A stretch of 64,000 bases of DNA from Paraspadella gotoi. Lineage: Eukaryota; Animalia; Chaetognatha. Position 1 is the first letter of the stretch, and each line of letters begins with the position of its first letter. The notes under the pieces are model-generated. The model made no database searches. It had not been told where the DNA came from and saw only the letters and a list, made by a program, of their open reading frames with translations. Positions 1 through 13,200 of the stretch are shown in pieces. Made by a program: the position numbers and the translations under genes. Location: assembly GCA_051294375.1 (NCBI GenBank), contig CM119266.1, forward strand, positions 3,784,420 through 3,848,419, read 5' to 3'.

Positions 1-1523
1 AAAAAGTAAAAAAAATATTAAAAAATATTCATATTTGAGTTAATTTTTGATCGATTTTGTCATAAAAGGTTTCAATTGATAGAAAAATATGCCAATAATA
101 GATTAAATTTAATATTTAAAGGTTTTTTAATCAAACATGACTTGTGATCCCCTTTTTTCTCCAAAAATATACAAATAAAATTGTGATTTGTCTATTTTTT
201 GCTAATATTTTAAGCTTTTAATGTTAGAATTCTTACTGAAAAATTATATAATATAAAAATATGGCTATTTCTGATTCTAGCAAGCTATCATACTTTCAAA
301 TATCATAAAAAATAAGTATTATGAAGTCAAAATGAAAAAAAAATGTCAGTACCGAAATCGATTTTTAATAATTTCTTAGAGAGAGAGAGAGAGGGAGAGA
401 GGGAGAGAGAGAGAGGGGGAGAGGGAGATAAAGATAGATAGAAAGCCTTTATGTGTGTTCAAACTTAAAAAATATTTGAAATTAAATTTAGACAATTATT
501 GTTTAATGAAATATAATTCAAAATATAACAGACAAAATTGAAAGAAAGAAAAATTCTAGTTTCAAATGCAGGAAAAGGAAAGGTGACGAAATCTGGATTA
601 ACTATATTATTCCCAAGTAGGCGTGTAAAAAACGGTTAATTTTAAAAATTTTAATTATTGTAACAAAAAATATTTTAAAAATGAATTAAAAAGGAATTCA
701 TCAAAGAAAAAATTCTAATAACAAAAAATAAAACATAAAAAAATCAACTAATGTTGGAGGTGGTAAAGTGAGTTAAGCGGAATTTATATTTATTTGCTCT
801 TTTTATGCAAAATGTTAGCCTTCTTTATAAAATGCAACAATATGCAAATAAGTTTTTAAAAATGTTGAGTAATTTTTTTTGCTTTAGGGTTAATAAAAAT
901 ACGTTTTAACTGATTCATAGGCAAAGAATAACATTATTTGCGATATTATTTTTAGCAGGATTGATAATTGAATTTTACCAAAAAAATTTTGACCTGTGCC
1001 AAAAGTTTTTAAAATGACTGAAATTCATATATGTGTTAAATGTAACATAGTAGTATAATGCAGGCGTAGTAGACTACCACTGGTAGTGTATGTAACGGTA
1101 AAAGTTTCTCAATTCATTCAAAATTAATATTCAATAAATAAGAACGACAATGAACACGTAATCCAAAGCGTGAAAAATTAATTTTCCATCTTGTGAATTA
1201 TTTTATATATAAAAAGATTTAATCTAAAAAGTTATGTTAAAATCCTGTTTAATTTATTAAGTCAGAGATGCTTGCTCAACTCTGCTCGATAAAAAGAAAT
1301 TTAAAGTGACTTTGTCCTTTAAATTGAGAGTTCCGTGTGATGCGAACCGCAAAAGGGCTCAGGCCTCAAGGGAACGCAAAAAGGCTAAGGCCTCGAGGGC
1401 TCGCAAAAGGGCTACAGCCTCGTGGGCACTCTGAAGGGCCAATCATTGAGTTGGTGAAACGAGGCTGAGTTTAATTAAGGCTGTAAACGACAAAGCGAAA
1501 TCGAGTGACCGATGGGGGGAGAT

Positions 1524-1686
1524 GGTTAATGGGAGAACCGGTTAATGGGAGAACCGGTTAATGGGAGAACCGGTTAAAGGGGTAAACGGATAATGGAAGG
1601 ACTGGTTTATGGGAGAACAGGTTAATGGGAGAACAGGTTAATCGGGGAACAGGTTAATGGGGGAACAGGTTAATGGGGGAACAGGT
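1524..1686. repeat. Minisatellite, 16-bp unit GGTTAATGGGAGAACC
   Basis: About 10 tandem units. A degraded copy lies at about 4905-5090. Confidence 0.9.
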
Positions 1687-1995
1687 CGATAGCAATTTAT
1701 TTTAAAAATTCCAAAAAATATCTCAAAACATGTTGTTTATATAATAAATATATGCGGTGTTATATGATCCCTCATTTTATACTATGCAAGGTTGTAAAGT
1801 GCTTACCTAACTTTTGATAATAGTTTATCTTAGAGATTCGAACCCGCGACCTTTTGATCCGACTTCGATTCGTGATATCTACCTAAAAGCTATGAGCTAA
1901 AGGTTCATGGGCAATCTGGGTATTTACGGCATTGGGAATGGAGTCAAGTAGAGCATCGGAGTATCTAAGCTTCGGTAAAGCGATGACTCGATAAA

Positions 1996-2048
<53 letters not shown>

Positions 2049-2500
2049 CCATCCCAGGCGATTGGGATAAAAAGAAAGACTTTTAATCCTGTTGACTTCA
2101 TCTCTATTTTTACGATGGACTTTCAATTTCAACGGGAAATCGAGAGAGCGAGACGAAGACAGAGACAGAGATAAATAAGAGCTAGCCGAAGATAAAGAAG
2201 ATATAAGAGAGGGAGACTAAGATAGAGACAGAGACGTTTATTTCTGAATTGAGAAAAATAAAATTTCTGCCGATTACAACTAAAAAAATTCCGCTTATAG
2301 TCTTTGTGGAATAGTACGTAAAATAATAAGTATCATAAAAAGATTTATTGTAAACAAAACGGCATCCAGCATCACTCAGAGAAAAAAAGACGCCGACTTA
2401 AGCGGGAAAACCGTGGTATCGATCGAGAGGCCAACAAATGCCCTTTTTAGAGAAATAGAGAGAGAGAGAGAGAGAAGAGCAAATGACGAGAAGAGGAAGA

Positions 2501-2539
<39 letters not shown>

Positions 2540-2639
2540 AGAGAGACGAGAGAGATTGAGAGAGAGAGAGAGACATTATCGATAATTCGATAGATCAAGA
2601 TGAGCATTTAGGCGTGAAAAATGACGCAAGAAGGTCTCT

Positions 2640-2679
<40 letters not shown>

Positions 2680-3340
2680 CTCTCTCTTCTCTGTCTCTAT
2701 TTTAGGTTAAGTTAAATTATGAGTAACCACAGATACAGGGCAGCTTACTAAATTGACTTTTAAGCCGAGTACATTGTACATCCAAATTGCTTTTGTTTTT
2801 GTGTCAATTTCTTGACTAAACGAAAAAGCGACATCTAAAGTCGAAACGAAAAAAAAACCTGTCAAAACAAAAGACATCGATTGTAAAAGATAAAGGAGAG
2901 AGAAACAATGACCGTTAACGAAGTTAATGAAACAAAACAATATCTGAGCTTAAAAAGTTTCTTTGCTTAAAACAGAGAAGGATTAGAACATCGATAGAGA
3001 AGGAACAGACGGACAGATGAATTGATTAAAAAAATAAAAACAAATAGATTTAGTATAAAGAATGCATGTATGGACATATGGATTATCCACGCCCTTAAGG
3101 CTTAACTTTAGGCTTTTCGAATCTGCGATGGTTAAATGAAAAACTGTAGCAACTCGAGATTTCGAATCTTTCTTCATCTCACCGCTAGAGGAGAGAAAGC
3201 GTCGATTCAAGCGCCTATTAATCGTGGGCGCTTCAGTCGAGACACAGTGGCTCGTGGAGATATAACCCATCTGCTCAAATTCACTGTGGTCCGCGTTGTG
3301 AGAATCCGTGAGAAGGGTCTAACACGTCAGTACAGCGCAT

Positions 3341-3996
3341 AGCTCGTGAATGCAATGCGATGCAATTCACATCGCTGTTTAGCTCGTGCAATGCCTGAGA
3401 TGAATTCACATCGCTGTTTAGCTCGTGCAATGCAATGCGATGCAATTCACATCGCTGTTTATGCTTGTGCAACTTGCAATGAGATGCATATTCACATCGC
3501 TGTTTAGCTCGTGCAATGCAATCGATGCAATTCACATCGCTGTTTAGCTCATGGCAATGCATGTGGATGTGCAATTCACATCGCTTTTAGCTCGTGCAAT
3601 GCAATGCATTGCAATTCACATTGCTGTTTAGCTCGTGCATTCAATGCGATGCAATTCACATCGTGTTTAGCTCGTGAATGCAATGTCGATGCAATTCCAC
3701 TCGCTGTTTTGCTGTGCATGCAATGCGATGCACTTCACATCGCTGTTTTAGCTTTTGCAATGCAATGCAATGCATTCACTTGCTGTTTAGCTCGTGCATG
3801 CAATGCGATGCAATTAAATCGCTGGTTAGCTCGTGCAATGCAATGCGATGCAATTCACATCGCTGTTATAGCTCGTACAATGCAATGCAATGCAATGCAA
3901 TTCACATCGCTGTTTAGCTCGTGCAATGCAATGCATGCAATTCACATCGCTGTTTAGCTGGTGCAATGCAATGCGATGCAATTCACATTGCTGTTT
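3341..3996. repeat. Minisatellite, ~41-bp unit GCTCGTGCAATGCAATGCGATGCAATTCACATCGCTGTTTA
   Basis: About 16 head-to-tail units. It generates the spurious Cys/Met-rich ORFs. Confidence 0.95.
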
Positions 3997-5912
3997 ATCG
4001 CGGATTGAATATTCTCCTTGAACTCCTTTGATTTACAAACCAACATTGACGGCCTTATTTTCCCAGAATGCCCATAGGGTGAAGTGAAAGTTTGGAATTG
4101 AAATTAGCAGCATATATCTTGAAACTATCATATTTGTGGAATATTAATCTGTAGCTATTTTTTTTTTTACAAATAGTAGCCCAGTCAGCTTATTTTGTAT
4201 ATAGTTCTACCCTATATAATGTAAAAATTTCACAATGTTTTTTTTTAATTTGAAACAGATTCAGATTCCTCGTTAAAAGTTGATAAAGAAATATAAATCT
4301 TTTTCAAAAATTATGTTTAAGAAGAAGTTAAATACAAAAAACTATATTTTTAAGCTGGAAAATTAAAAATCGTATCTCTAAATATAGTTTTTAAATTTTG
4401 ACTAACTTAATGAAAGAATTTTTAAAAGAAAATTATAATTTCTTTTAGCAATTTTGCAAGGATCCAAATCCGATCTTAAAATTTAAATTATATTTTAAAA
4501 TTTTTAGCCTATTATATACTTATTACTATATAATATATAGTACACTGGTGCCCACTAATGTATAAAATTAAAAATAATTTACCAAAGTATTTTAATGGTT
4601 TTTATGTTCATGTTTTATATGCTAAATTTTAATTTTACTACAATTTCANNNNNNNNNNNNNNNNNNNNNNNNNGGTCCACACGGTGCCGACTCCAGTGAA
4701 ATTCGATCACAGTGTGAATCTTTTCCATAGAGGAGAGGCACTGCGGATCCTCATCTCTCCTTTCCCCTCCTCTCCCGAGGATCCGTCCCTCCTTTAGCCA
4801 CTCTTCCGCGTTTCTCAGTCTACTAACTTCCTTCTTTTCTAATACTATCCGGCCAAGGACTTCCTGCATTAAACATTACGTTGCTGATATAAGTCTCTTC
4901 TTCAGCAGGTTAATGGGAACAGTGTTAATGACGGGGGACAGGTTATGTTAGAGAACGCGGTTAAATGGGAGAACCGGTAAAGGCTGAGAACGGTTAAAGA
5001 GTAAACCATAATGGAAACTGGTTCAATGGTAGAGAAAGGTATGACAGAACAGTTAAGGCCGGCGAACAGTTAATGGGCGCGAACAGGTCGATAGCACATT
5101 TATTTTAAAAATTCCAAAAATATCTCAAAAACATGTTGTTTATATTAATAAATATATGCGGTGTGTATACGATCCCTCATTTTATACATTGCAAGTTGTA
5201 ATCTTACCTAACTTTTGATAATAGTTTTTCTTAGAGATTCGAGACCCGCGACCTTTTGATCCGACTTCGAATTCGTGATATCTACCTAAAAGCTATGAGC
5301 TAAAGGTTCTATGGGCAATCTCGGGTATTTACGCATTGGGAATGGAGTCAAGTGAGCATCGGAGTATCTAAGCTTCGTAAAGCGATGACTCGATAAAGCT
5401 GAGAGAGAGAGAGAGAGAGAGAAGAGAGAAGAGAAGAGAAGAGAGAAGAGAGAGAGCAGAGAACGACAGAGAGAGAGAAATCCCATCCAGGCGATTGCAT
5501 AAAAAGAAAGACTTATATCCTGGTTTACTTCATCTCTATTTTACGATGGACTTTCAATTTCAACGGGAAATCGAGAGAGCGAGACGAAGACAAGACAGAG
5601 ATAAAAAAGAGCTACCCGAGATAAAACAGAGAGAGATTATAAAAGATACAGAGGGAGACTAAGATAGAACGAGACGTTTATTTGCTGAATTGAGAAAATA
5701 AAAATTTCTGCGATTACATAAAAAAAATTCCGCTTATAGTCTTTGTGGAATAGTTAGTAAAATAATAAGTATCATAAAAGATTTATTGTAAACAAAACGG
5801 GCATCCAGCATCATCAGAGAAAAAAGACGCCGACTTAAGCGGGAAAACCGTGGTATCGATCGAGAGGCCACAAATGCCTTTTTAGAGAAATAGAGAGAGA
5901 GAGAAGAGAGGA

Positions 5913-5949
<37 letters not shown>

Positions 5950-6797
5950 CAGAGAGAGAGAGAGACATTATCGATAATATCGATAGATCAAGCATGAGCA
6001 TTTAGGCGTGAAAAGTGACGCAAGAAGAGGTCTCTCTCTCTCTCTCCTCTCTTCTCTCTCTCTCTCTCTCTTCCTCTGTCTCTATTTTAGTTTAAGTTAA
6101 ATTATGAGTAACCACAGATACAGGGCAGCTTACTAAAATTGACTTTTAAGCCGAGTACAATTGTACATCCAAATTGCTTTTGTTTTTGTGTCAATTTCTT
6201 GACTAAACGAAAAAGCGACATCTAAAGTCGAAACGAAAAAAAAACCTGTCAAAACAAAAAGACATCGATGTAAAAGATAAAGGAGAGAGAAAACAATGAC
6301 AGTTAACGACAGTTAATGACAACAAAACTAAATATCTGAGCTTAAAAAGTTTCTTTGCTTAAAACAGAAGAGGATTAGAACATCGATAGAGAAGACGAAC
6401 AGACGGACAGATGAATTGATTAAAAAAATAAAAACAAATAGATTTATGTATAAAGAAATGCATGTATGGACATATGGATTATCCACGCCCTTAACTTAAG
6501 CTTAAGGCTTAAGGCTTAAGGCTTAAGGCTTAAGGCTTAAGGCTTAAGGCTTAACTTTAGGCTTTTCGAATCTGCGATGGTTAAATGAAAAACTGTAGCA
6601 ACTCGAGATTTTCGAATCTTTCTTCATCTCACCGCTAGAGGGAGAGAAAGCGTCGATTCAACGCGCTATTAATCGGTGGCGCTTCAGTCGAGACACAGTG
6701 GCTCGTGGAGATATTAACCCATCTGCTCAAATTCACTGTGGTCCGGCGTTGTGGAAATCCGTGAGAAGGGTCTAACACGTCAGTAACCTAGCGCATA

Positions 6798-7455
6798 GCT
6801 CGTGCAATGCAATGCGATGCAATTCACATCGCTGTTTAGCTCGTGCAATGCAATGAGATGAAATTCACATCGCTGTTTAGCTCGTGCAATGCAATGCGAT
6901 GCAATTCACATCGCTGTTTAGCTTGTGCAATGCAATGAGATGCAATTCACATCGCTGTTTAGCTCGTGCAATGCAATGCGATGCAATGTCACTCGTTGTT
7001 TAGCCGTGCAATGCAATGCGATGCAATTCACATTGCTGTTTAGCTCGTGAATTCAATGCGATGCAATTCACATCGTGTTAGCTCGTGCAATGCAATGCGA
7101 TGCAATTCACATCGCTGTTTTGCTTGTGCAATGCAATGCGATGCAATTCACATCGCCTCTTTAGCTCGTGCAATGCAATGCGATGCAATTCACATCGCTG
7201 TTAGCTCGTGCAATGCAATGCATGCAATTCACATTGCTGTTTAGCCCGTGCAATGCAATGCGATGCAATTCACATCGCATTAGCTCTGTGCTGCAATGCA
7301 ATGCGATGCAATTCACATCGCTGTTTAGCTCGTACAATGCAATGCAATGCAATGCAATTCACATCGCTGTTTAGCTCGTGCAATGCAATGCGATGCAATT
7401 CACATCGCTGTTTAGCTGGTGCAATGCAATGCGATGCAATTCACATTGCTGTTTA
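6798..7455. repeat. Second copy of the 41-bp minisatellite
   Basis: Same unit, inside the duplicated block. Confidence 0.95.
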
Positions 7456-8728
7456 TCGCGGATTGAAAATATCTTCTCTTGAACTCCTTTGATTTCACAA
7501 CCAACATTGACGGCCTTATTTTCCCAGAATGCCCAATAGGGTGAAGTGAAAGTTTGGAATTGAAATTTAGCAGTTATCTCTTGAAACTATCATATTTGTG
7601 AATATTAATCTGTAGTATTTTTCTTTTTTTACAAATATAGTAGCCAGTCAGCTTATTTTGTATATAGTACTACCTTTATAATGTCAAAATTTCAAAATGG
7701 TTTTTTTTTAATTCTGAGAACAGATTCAGATTCCTCATTAAAAGTTGATAAAGAAAATATAAAATCTTTTCAAAAATTATGTCATTAAAAGTTAAAATTA
7801 CAAAAAACTATATTTTTAAGCTGAAAATTAAAAATCGTATCTTAAATATAGTTTTTTAAATTTTGACTAACTTAATGAAAGAATTTTAAAAAAGAATTAT
7901 ACTTCTTTTAGCAACTTTTTGCAAGGAATCCAAATCCGATCTTAAAATTTAAAAATTTATATTTTAAAAATTTTAGCCTATTATATACTTATTACTATAT
8001 ATAAATATAGCTCACTGGTGCCCACTAATGTATAAAATTAAAAAATAAATTTACCAAAGTATTTTTAATGGTTTTTATGTTCATGTTTTATATGCTAAAT
8101 TTTAATTTTCTAAAATTTCATCATTTTCACATCACTCTAATGCCCAATTCTATCCTAAAATCAGAATTAAATTAATTTTTGATTAAAAATTAGGGTTAGA
8201 TGGTGCTTTTTTCAATAGAAACGAAACTATGATTAGGACTGAAGTCGAAAGACAACGACGAAAACGACGACGACGACAACGACAACGACAACGAAAAAGG
8301 AATCGAGGTCAAAGTTCATCGATTTGAGCCTCAGAAGGAAATGATTTCCCCGAACGGAGACAACCAACTGGACTGACAGACCAAAATAATTAATTCTCTA
8401 TTTTTGGGGGTTTCAAGGTGGGAACTTCGGAGGGGGGAGAGGGCGGAGGGGGCGAGTGGGAAAGGTGGAGAGGGGCGGGATGGAGGGGGGCGAGTGGGGG
8501 AGAGGGGGGGTGGTGGGGGAGAGGGGGTGGGAGTCGAGGGGAAATGAGAGAAAGGTGAATTCAAAAGGCGGGAAGTTATGATGATGATGATGGTGATATT
8601 TATGCTGATGATGATGATGAAGATGTGATGTTCGAGATGATGGAGTGACTTCTGATGGACAATAGGGTAAAAATAACCAGGAGAAAAGGAAGAAGAAGAA
8701 AAAAGAAAAAAAACCAAAAAAATTTTGT

Positions 8729-9192
8729 GGCCCTGTGATATTTTCCGTCATCCAATCTTCTAAGCTCTAATAGTGTAGTCGTTCTGGCTTGATAGCGAGG
8801 CCCTATGATATTTTCCGTCATCCACCCTACTAAGCTCTTAGTGTAGTCGTTCTGGCTCGATATTGAGGCCCTATGATATTTTCCATCATCCACCCTACTA
8901 AGCTCTTATAGTGTAGTCGTTCTGGCTCAATAGTGAGGCCCTGTGATAATTTCCGTCATGCACCCTACTAAACTCTTATTGTGTAGTCGTTCTGGCTCAA
9001 TAGCGAGGCCCTGTAATATTTTCCGTCATACACCCTACTAAGCTCATAGTGTAGTCATTCTGGGTCTATAGCAAGGCCCTGTGATATTTTCCATCATCCA
9101 CCCTACTAAGCTCTTATAGTGTAGTTGTTCTGGCTTGATAACGAGGCCCTGTGATATTTTCCGTCATCCACCCTACTAAGCTCTTATAGTGC
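8729..9192. repeat. Minisatellite, ~70-bp unit GGCCCTGTGATATTTTCCGTCATCCACCCTACTAAGCTCTTATAGTGTAGTCGTTCTGGCTCAATAGCGA
   Basis: Units start every 68-71 bp from 8729; about 6.6 copies. Confidence 0.93.
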
Positions 9193-9965
9193 GATACTCA
9201 CTCACATTTAAAAATGCTTAAAACTCGAGAAATACTACATCAATTTAGTATATATTGGGTATAAAAGAGAGGTACATACCAGAAGACATTTAACATAAAA
9301 CTGTATCATACTTTTGAGGTCACGTGATCACCTAAAAAGAGATTATAAAATTTAATACGGCTTAAATTTGGTTGCTCTTTTGTTAATTTTTCTGACAAGG
9401 AAGAACCTTAAATTTAAATTTAAGCAAATTTAAACAGATTATCAGTAGAAGAAGTTTGAATTTGTCAGATTATAAAAAAAAACAGAATAACAGTAAAACT
9501 GCATTAATCTATCTAATTAAGTTAAAAAGAGAAAGAATTCAATAAAACATCTGAATAAATAAGTTTTTATTCTTAAAATTGAATTTCGCATCTAATTTTT
9601 TTTTCTTTTTTTTTGAGGGGGGAGGGAGAAAAGGGGTCAGAGCTAATGGGCATTTTCCGTCCGCTTCCGTCCGCTTCCGTCCGCTTCTAATCGCTTCGAC
9701 TCTTTTCCTCCTTTTCCTCTTTCTATAAATTTCGGTCTCTTTATCCAAGTAAGGGCGTTCCCTTTTTTGCGTTCGTTCCCTTGACGACGCCATCCTGTTT
9801 CCATGGATACGAGGCGCATTTTATCTCTAGCCTCGTTTATCTAGAGAGACGTTGAATCGATTCCTCCGTTTCTTAACATTTACTGGATAATAATAACAAA
9901 ATGATAATTTTATTTTTGTCTAATTAAATCATCATTCATCGTCGTTCATTTGTCTCATTTGACCT

Positions 9966-10220
9966 CAAAGTCTCAAGGTCAGAGCTCACAGGGCCAAAGG
10001 TCTTAAGGTCAGAGATCCCAAGGTCAGAGGTCACAAGGTCAGAAATCTTGAGGTCAGAGGTCTTAAGGTCAAAGGTCTCAAGGTCAGAGGTATCGAGGTC
10101 TCAAGGTCAGAGGTCTCAAGTCAGAGGTCACAAGGCCAAAGGTCTTAAAGTCAGAGGTCCCAAAGTCAGATGTCTCGAGGTCAGAGGTCTCAAGGTCAGA
10201 GGTCACAAGGTCAGAGGTCA
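9966..10220. repeat. Minisatellite, 15-bp unit AGGTCAGAGGTCTCA
   Basis: About 16 degenerate tandem units. Confidence 0.9.
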
Positions 10221-13200
10221 TTGAATTTTTATCTTTTATTCTCAAAAGATAATATTCCTGGTTTACATTTCTATTTTCTTTAATTTTATTTTCATTAAAT
10301 TCCATTTTAAATATTTTTTTCTCACAGAAAAAATACTTTTACACTCAGTCTTTCCAAGCGAATAAAAAAACACAAAATGACAGATGCCAGAATATGTTAT
10401 TATTTAAATTAATATGTTATTATTTAAATTAATATGTTATTATTTCAGTTTACATTTCGTATTCGATTTACATTCGATTTGCATATCGAGTTATAAAAAA
10501 ACTTATTTAAAGTAAAAGCACTCTCGGAAAAATCAAGAATAACGTTCTGCTCTTTCGAGTGAAACTGGTTAAATCAGTTGTTAGCAGCTGTGGCCCACGA
10601 ATTTTATTTTTTTGGGTTTAAAATGTGTTGATTAATAGCTAAGTGGGCTGAAGAGTGCTTTCTTTAACCCCCTCTTGCAGCCATGGAATGGGTCCTGGGC
10701 TTGGAACCAGGCTTAAGGGTTTTCCAGGCGCCCAAGGCGGTTTACAATAATGGTCATGAGCTGATTTTATTACTAAATGAGCCACCGGGTCAAGTCTGAA
10801 TATAACATGCATATAATCGGGGTGAACGAATTCGAATGACTGACTACAAATATTTTCGGGAGGATTTTAAAAAGAGGTTCTTATCTTGAGGTCGAGAAAC
10901 TAACAAAATCTCTAGAGATATTTGTCTCTTTCTCTCTCTCTCTCTTTTTTCTCTCTTTTCTTTCTCACTCAATCTCTCTCTCTCTCTCTTTTCTTTCACT
11001 CTCTCTCTCTGTCTCTTATATAAAAAAAGAAGCAAAGAGTCCTTTGGCGCCATTTTGTCCAAAAATGAAACAAACTTCTTCAATGAATCAAAGGAAAGAC
11101 TTTTCGATCTTCATCTTTTACTCTCATTTTCTTTACAAATTCTTCGTCGTCGTCGTCGTCGTCGTCGTCGACTCTGTAATGTTGTTCAAATTTTATTTAT
11201 AATTGTATAATGTATAATGTTTAAGTGCAGAACATAAAACTGGCCAATTGAGAAAAGGGAAAACGAATTAACCCTAAAAGTCATTTGGTCTTTCACCATG
11301 AGATGTTTTTGTTTTGTTTTTTTTAAAAAGAACTGAGATTCACAAATCACTCTCAAGGTCAGGTTGAATAAGACATCTCGCTAAAAGTGAGCATCACATC
11401 AAGACAAGTATGTTCACTCGATGCGGTGACATACAATATCCAAAATACAATTTGCATATTCGGGTCTCAACGTGAAATCTCCCCTTTTTTTTTTGTTGAC
11501 AGACCGACCGACCGTTTAAGCTACTAAATGAATGATAATTGAATCACTCACCAACCCAGAGCTATATTTTTGTTTTATTGTTAATTATATCAAATTAATT
11601 ATATTTGTATTATTTTATGTATTTTAATCATATGTGATTAGTAATGTAAATACTGCCAAAAATCAGTTGTCTTCTTAATCTTAATGAAAATACATTATTA
11701 TCTAGACAGTTTTTTAACCAAAATATTTTTCACTTTTTCACAACATTTTTTTTCTGAAAATAAGTCAATGGAGAAATAAAGATGCTTAACTCCTTCTCTT
11801 CCCGAGAGCGGATCATCTTTAAAGCTCATTCAGCCAAAACATTTCCACTCTCTCTCTATCTCTTTCTTTTGCCTTTCTTCTTTCTCTGACTCACTCCCTC
11901 CCTTTCATATTGAAAATCACTGTGTCCAAAAGAAATTCCGTGACAAATTTGCTTTCACTTTCACTGTGTGATTGTGAAAAAACCGCGAGTCAGCAAATCG
12001 TGAAAGATGAACCATGAATCACGTTTCATGAAGAAAAGAAAATTCACAAAAAATTGATTTTACAATCAAAGTCAGAAAAGGAAAAGAAAAAGAATAATTT
12101 TATTTTGAGAAAAAAATATGTAGATGTTGTAAAAAGTAAAATAATATCAAGATGTGAAAACTAAAAGAGAAACAGTAATTCGCCGTCTTGTTATGATTAT
12201 ATTGGTATAACTAACATAAAAACTAATAATTTAAGAAATCTTGCTTTCTTACTTCGGACAGTGGACACTGGACAGTAGAGTGGAGCACTGGGGAATATAA
12301 ATTGATCAAACAAGTATATTTAGACGTGAGATAGTATGATTAAGGAGTACAAAAATATTTTGCTTATATTGTTTGGGGAACAGTATCATTAATTACAATA
12401 TATTTATAGTAATATTCTTATAAAATCATAAATTTTCAAAATAATTTTTTTTTAATTTTTATTAAAGATTCTATTTCTTTACAAAAAGTTAGATCAAAAA
12501 TATAAAATATGTTATTAAAAATTTCAATGTCTTCAGCGCCAAAAGTAGAAAAAAAAGGTCAAATTCTTTACTTTTTTATACTTTGTAGTAGAAACTATTA
12601 TATGATGAAACTTTTTAATCATTTTTCGCAGCTTTAACCTAAAAATATCATGTAACATATTTTACAAAAGTTTTTCAGTTTTTTCTGGCGAATCCAAAAC
12701 TGTTTTTAAAATTAAGAAAATATGATTTTGAATTTTTATGATTTTATAAGGATATTACTATAAAGAAAATTCAATTAATGATACTGTTATGCAATTTTTT
12801 TTTGAAAAAGGGTTTAATTTTTTTTATTACATATACAAATGCAGCAAAAAAATATTGTTCCATCGCTCAATCTTTTCATCACTCCACCCTAGTGGACAGT
12901 GAGCAGTGGACAGTGGACACATAGAATGACCAATGAACATTGTTCATTGAACATCAAACTTTAAAACGTCTAGTTAATAAAACGCCAGAGTACCTGGCTT
13001 AATAATTAATGATGTGATTTAATATTTCAAAGAATGCTTCAATTGTATCTAATAAGATTTTATCTAATAAAACGGTTATAATAATATAACTATGAAATTT
13101 TTGTGTGACAAACGTCCAATGGTCGACCACTTATCTGCAAAGTACAACTACAACACCCAAATTTTACGCTTTTATTTTGTGATCATGTGACCTCAGTTAA

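Larger units (their letters stand above)
1524..8120. repeat. ~3.1-kb direct duplication (about 1524-4648 and 4905-8120) across an N gap
   Basis: Collinear sequence differing mainly by 1-nt indels. Confidence 0.92.

Noticed and set aside
3281-3957. Cys/His/Met-rich ORFs as metallothionein-like proteins
   Set aside because: They come from a 41-bp repeat (not a multiple of 3), and the frames differ between the duplicate copies.
8236-8376. Acidic terminal exon (GLKSKDNDEN...QLD*)
   Set aside because: Largely a (GAC/AAC)n repeat, two frames are open, and the acceptor is weak.
3341-9192. Regular 41-bp and 70-bp arrays as CRISPR arrays
   Set aside because: Units are head-to-tail without unique spacers, there are no cas genes, and the context is eukaryotic.
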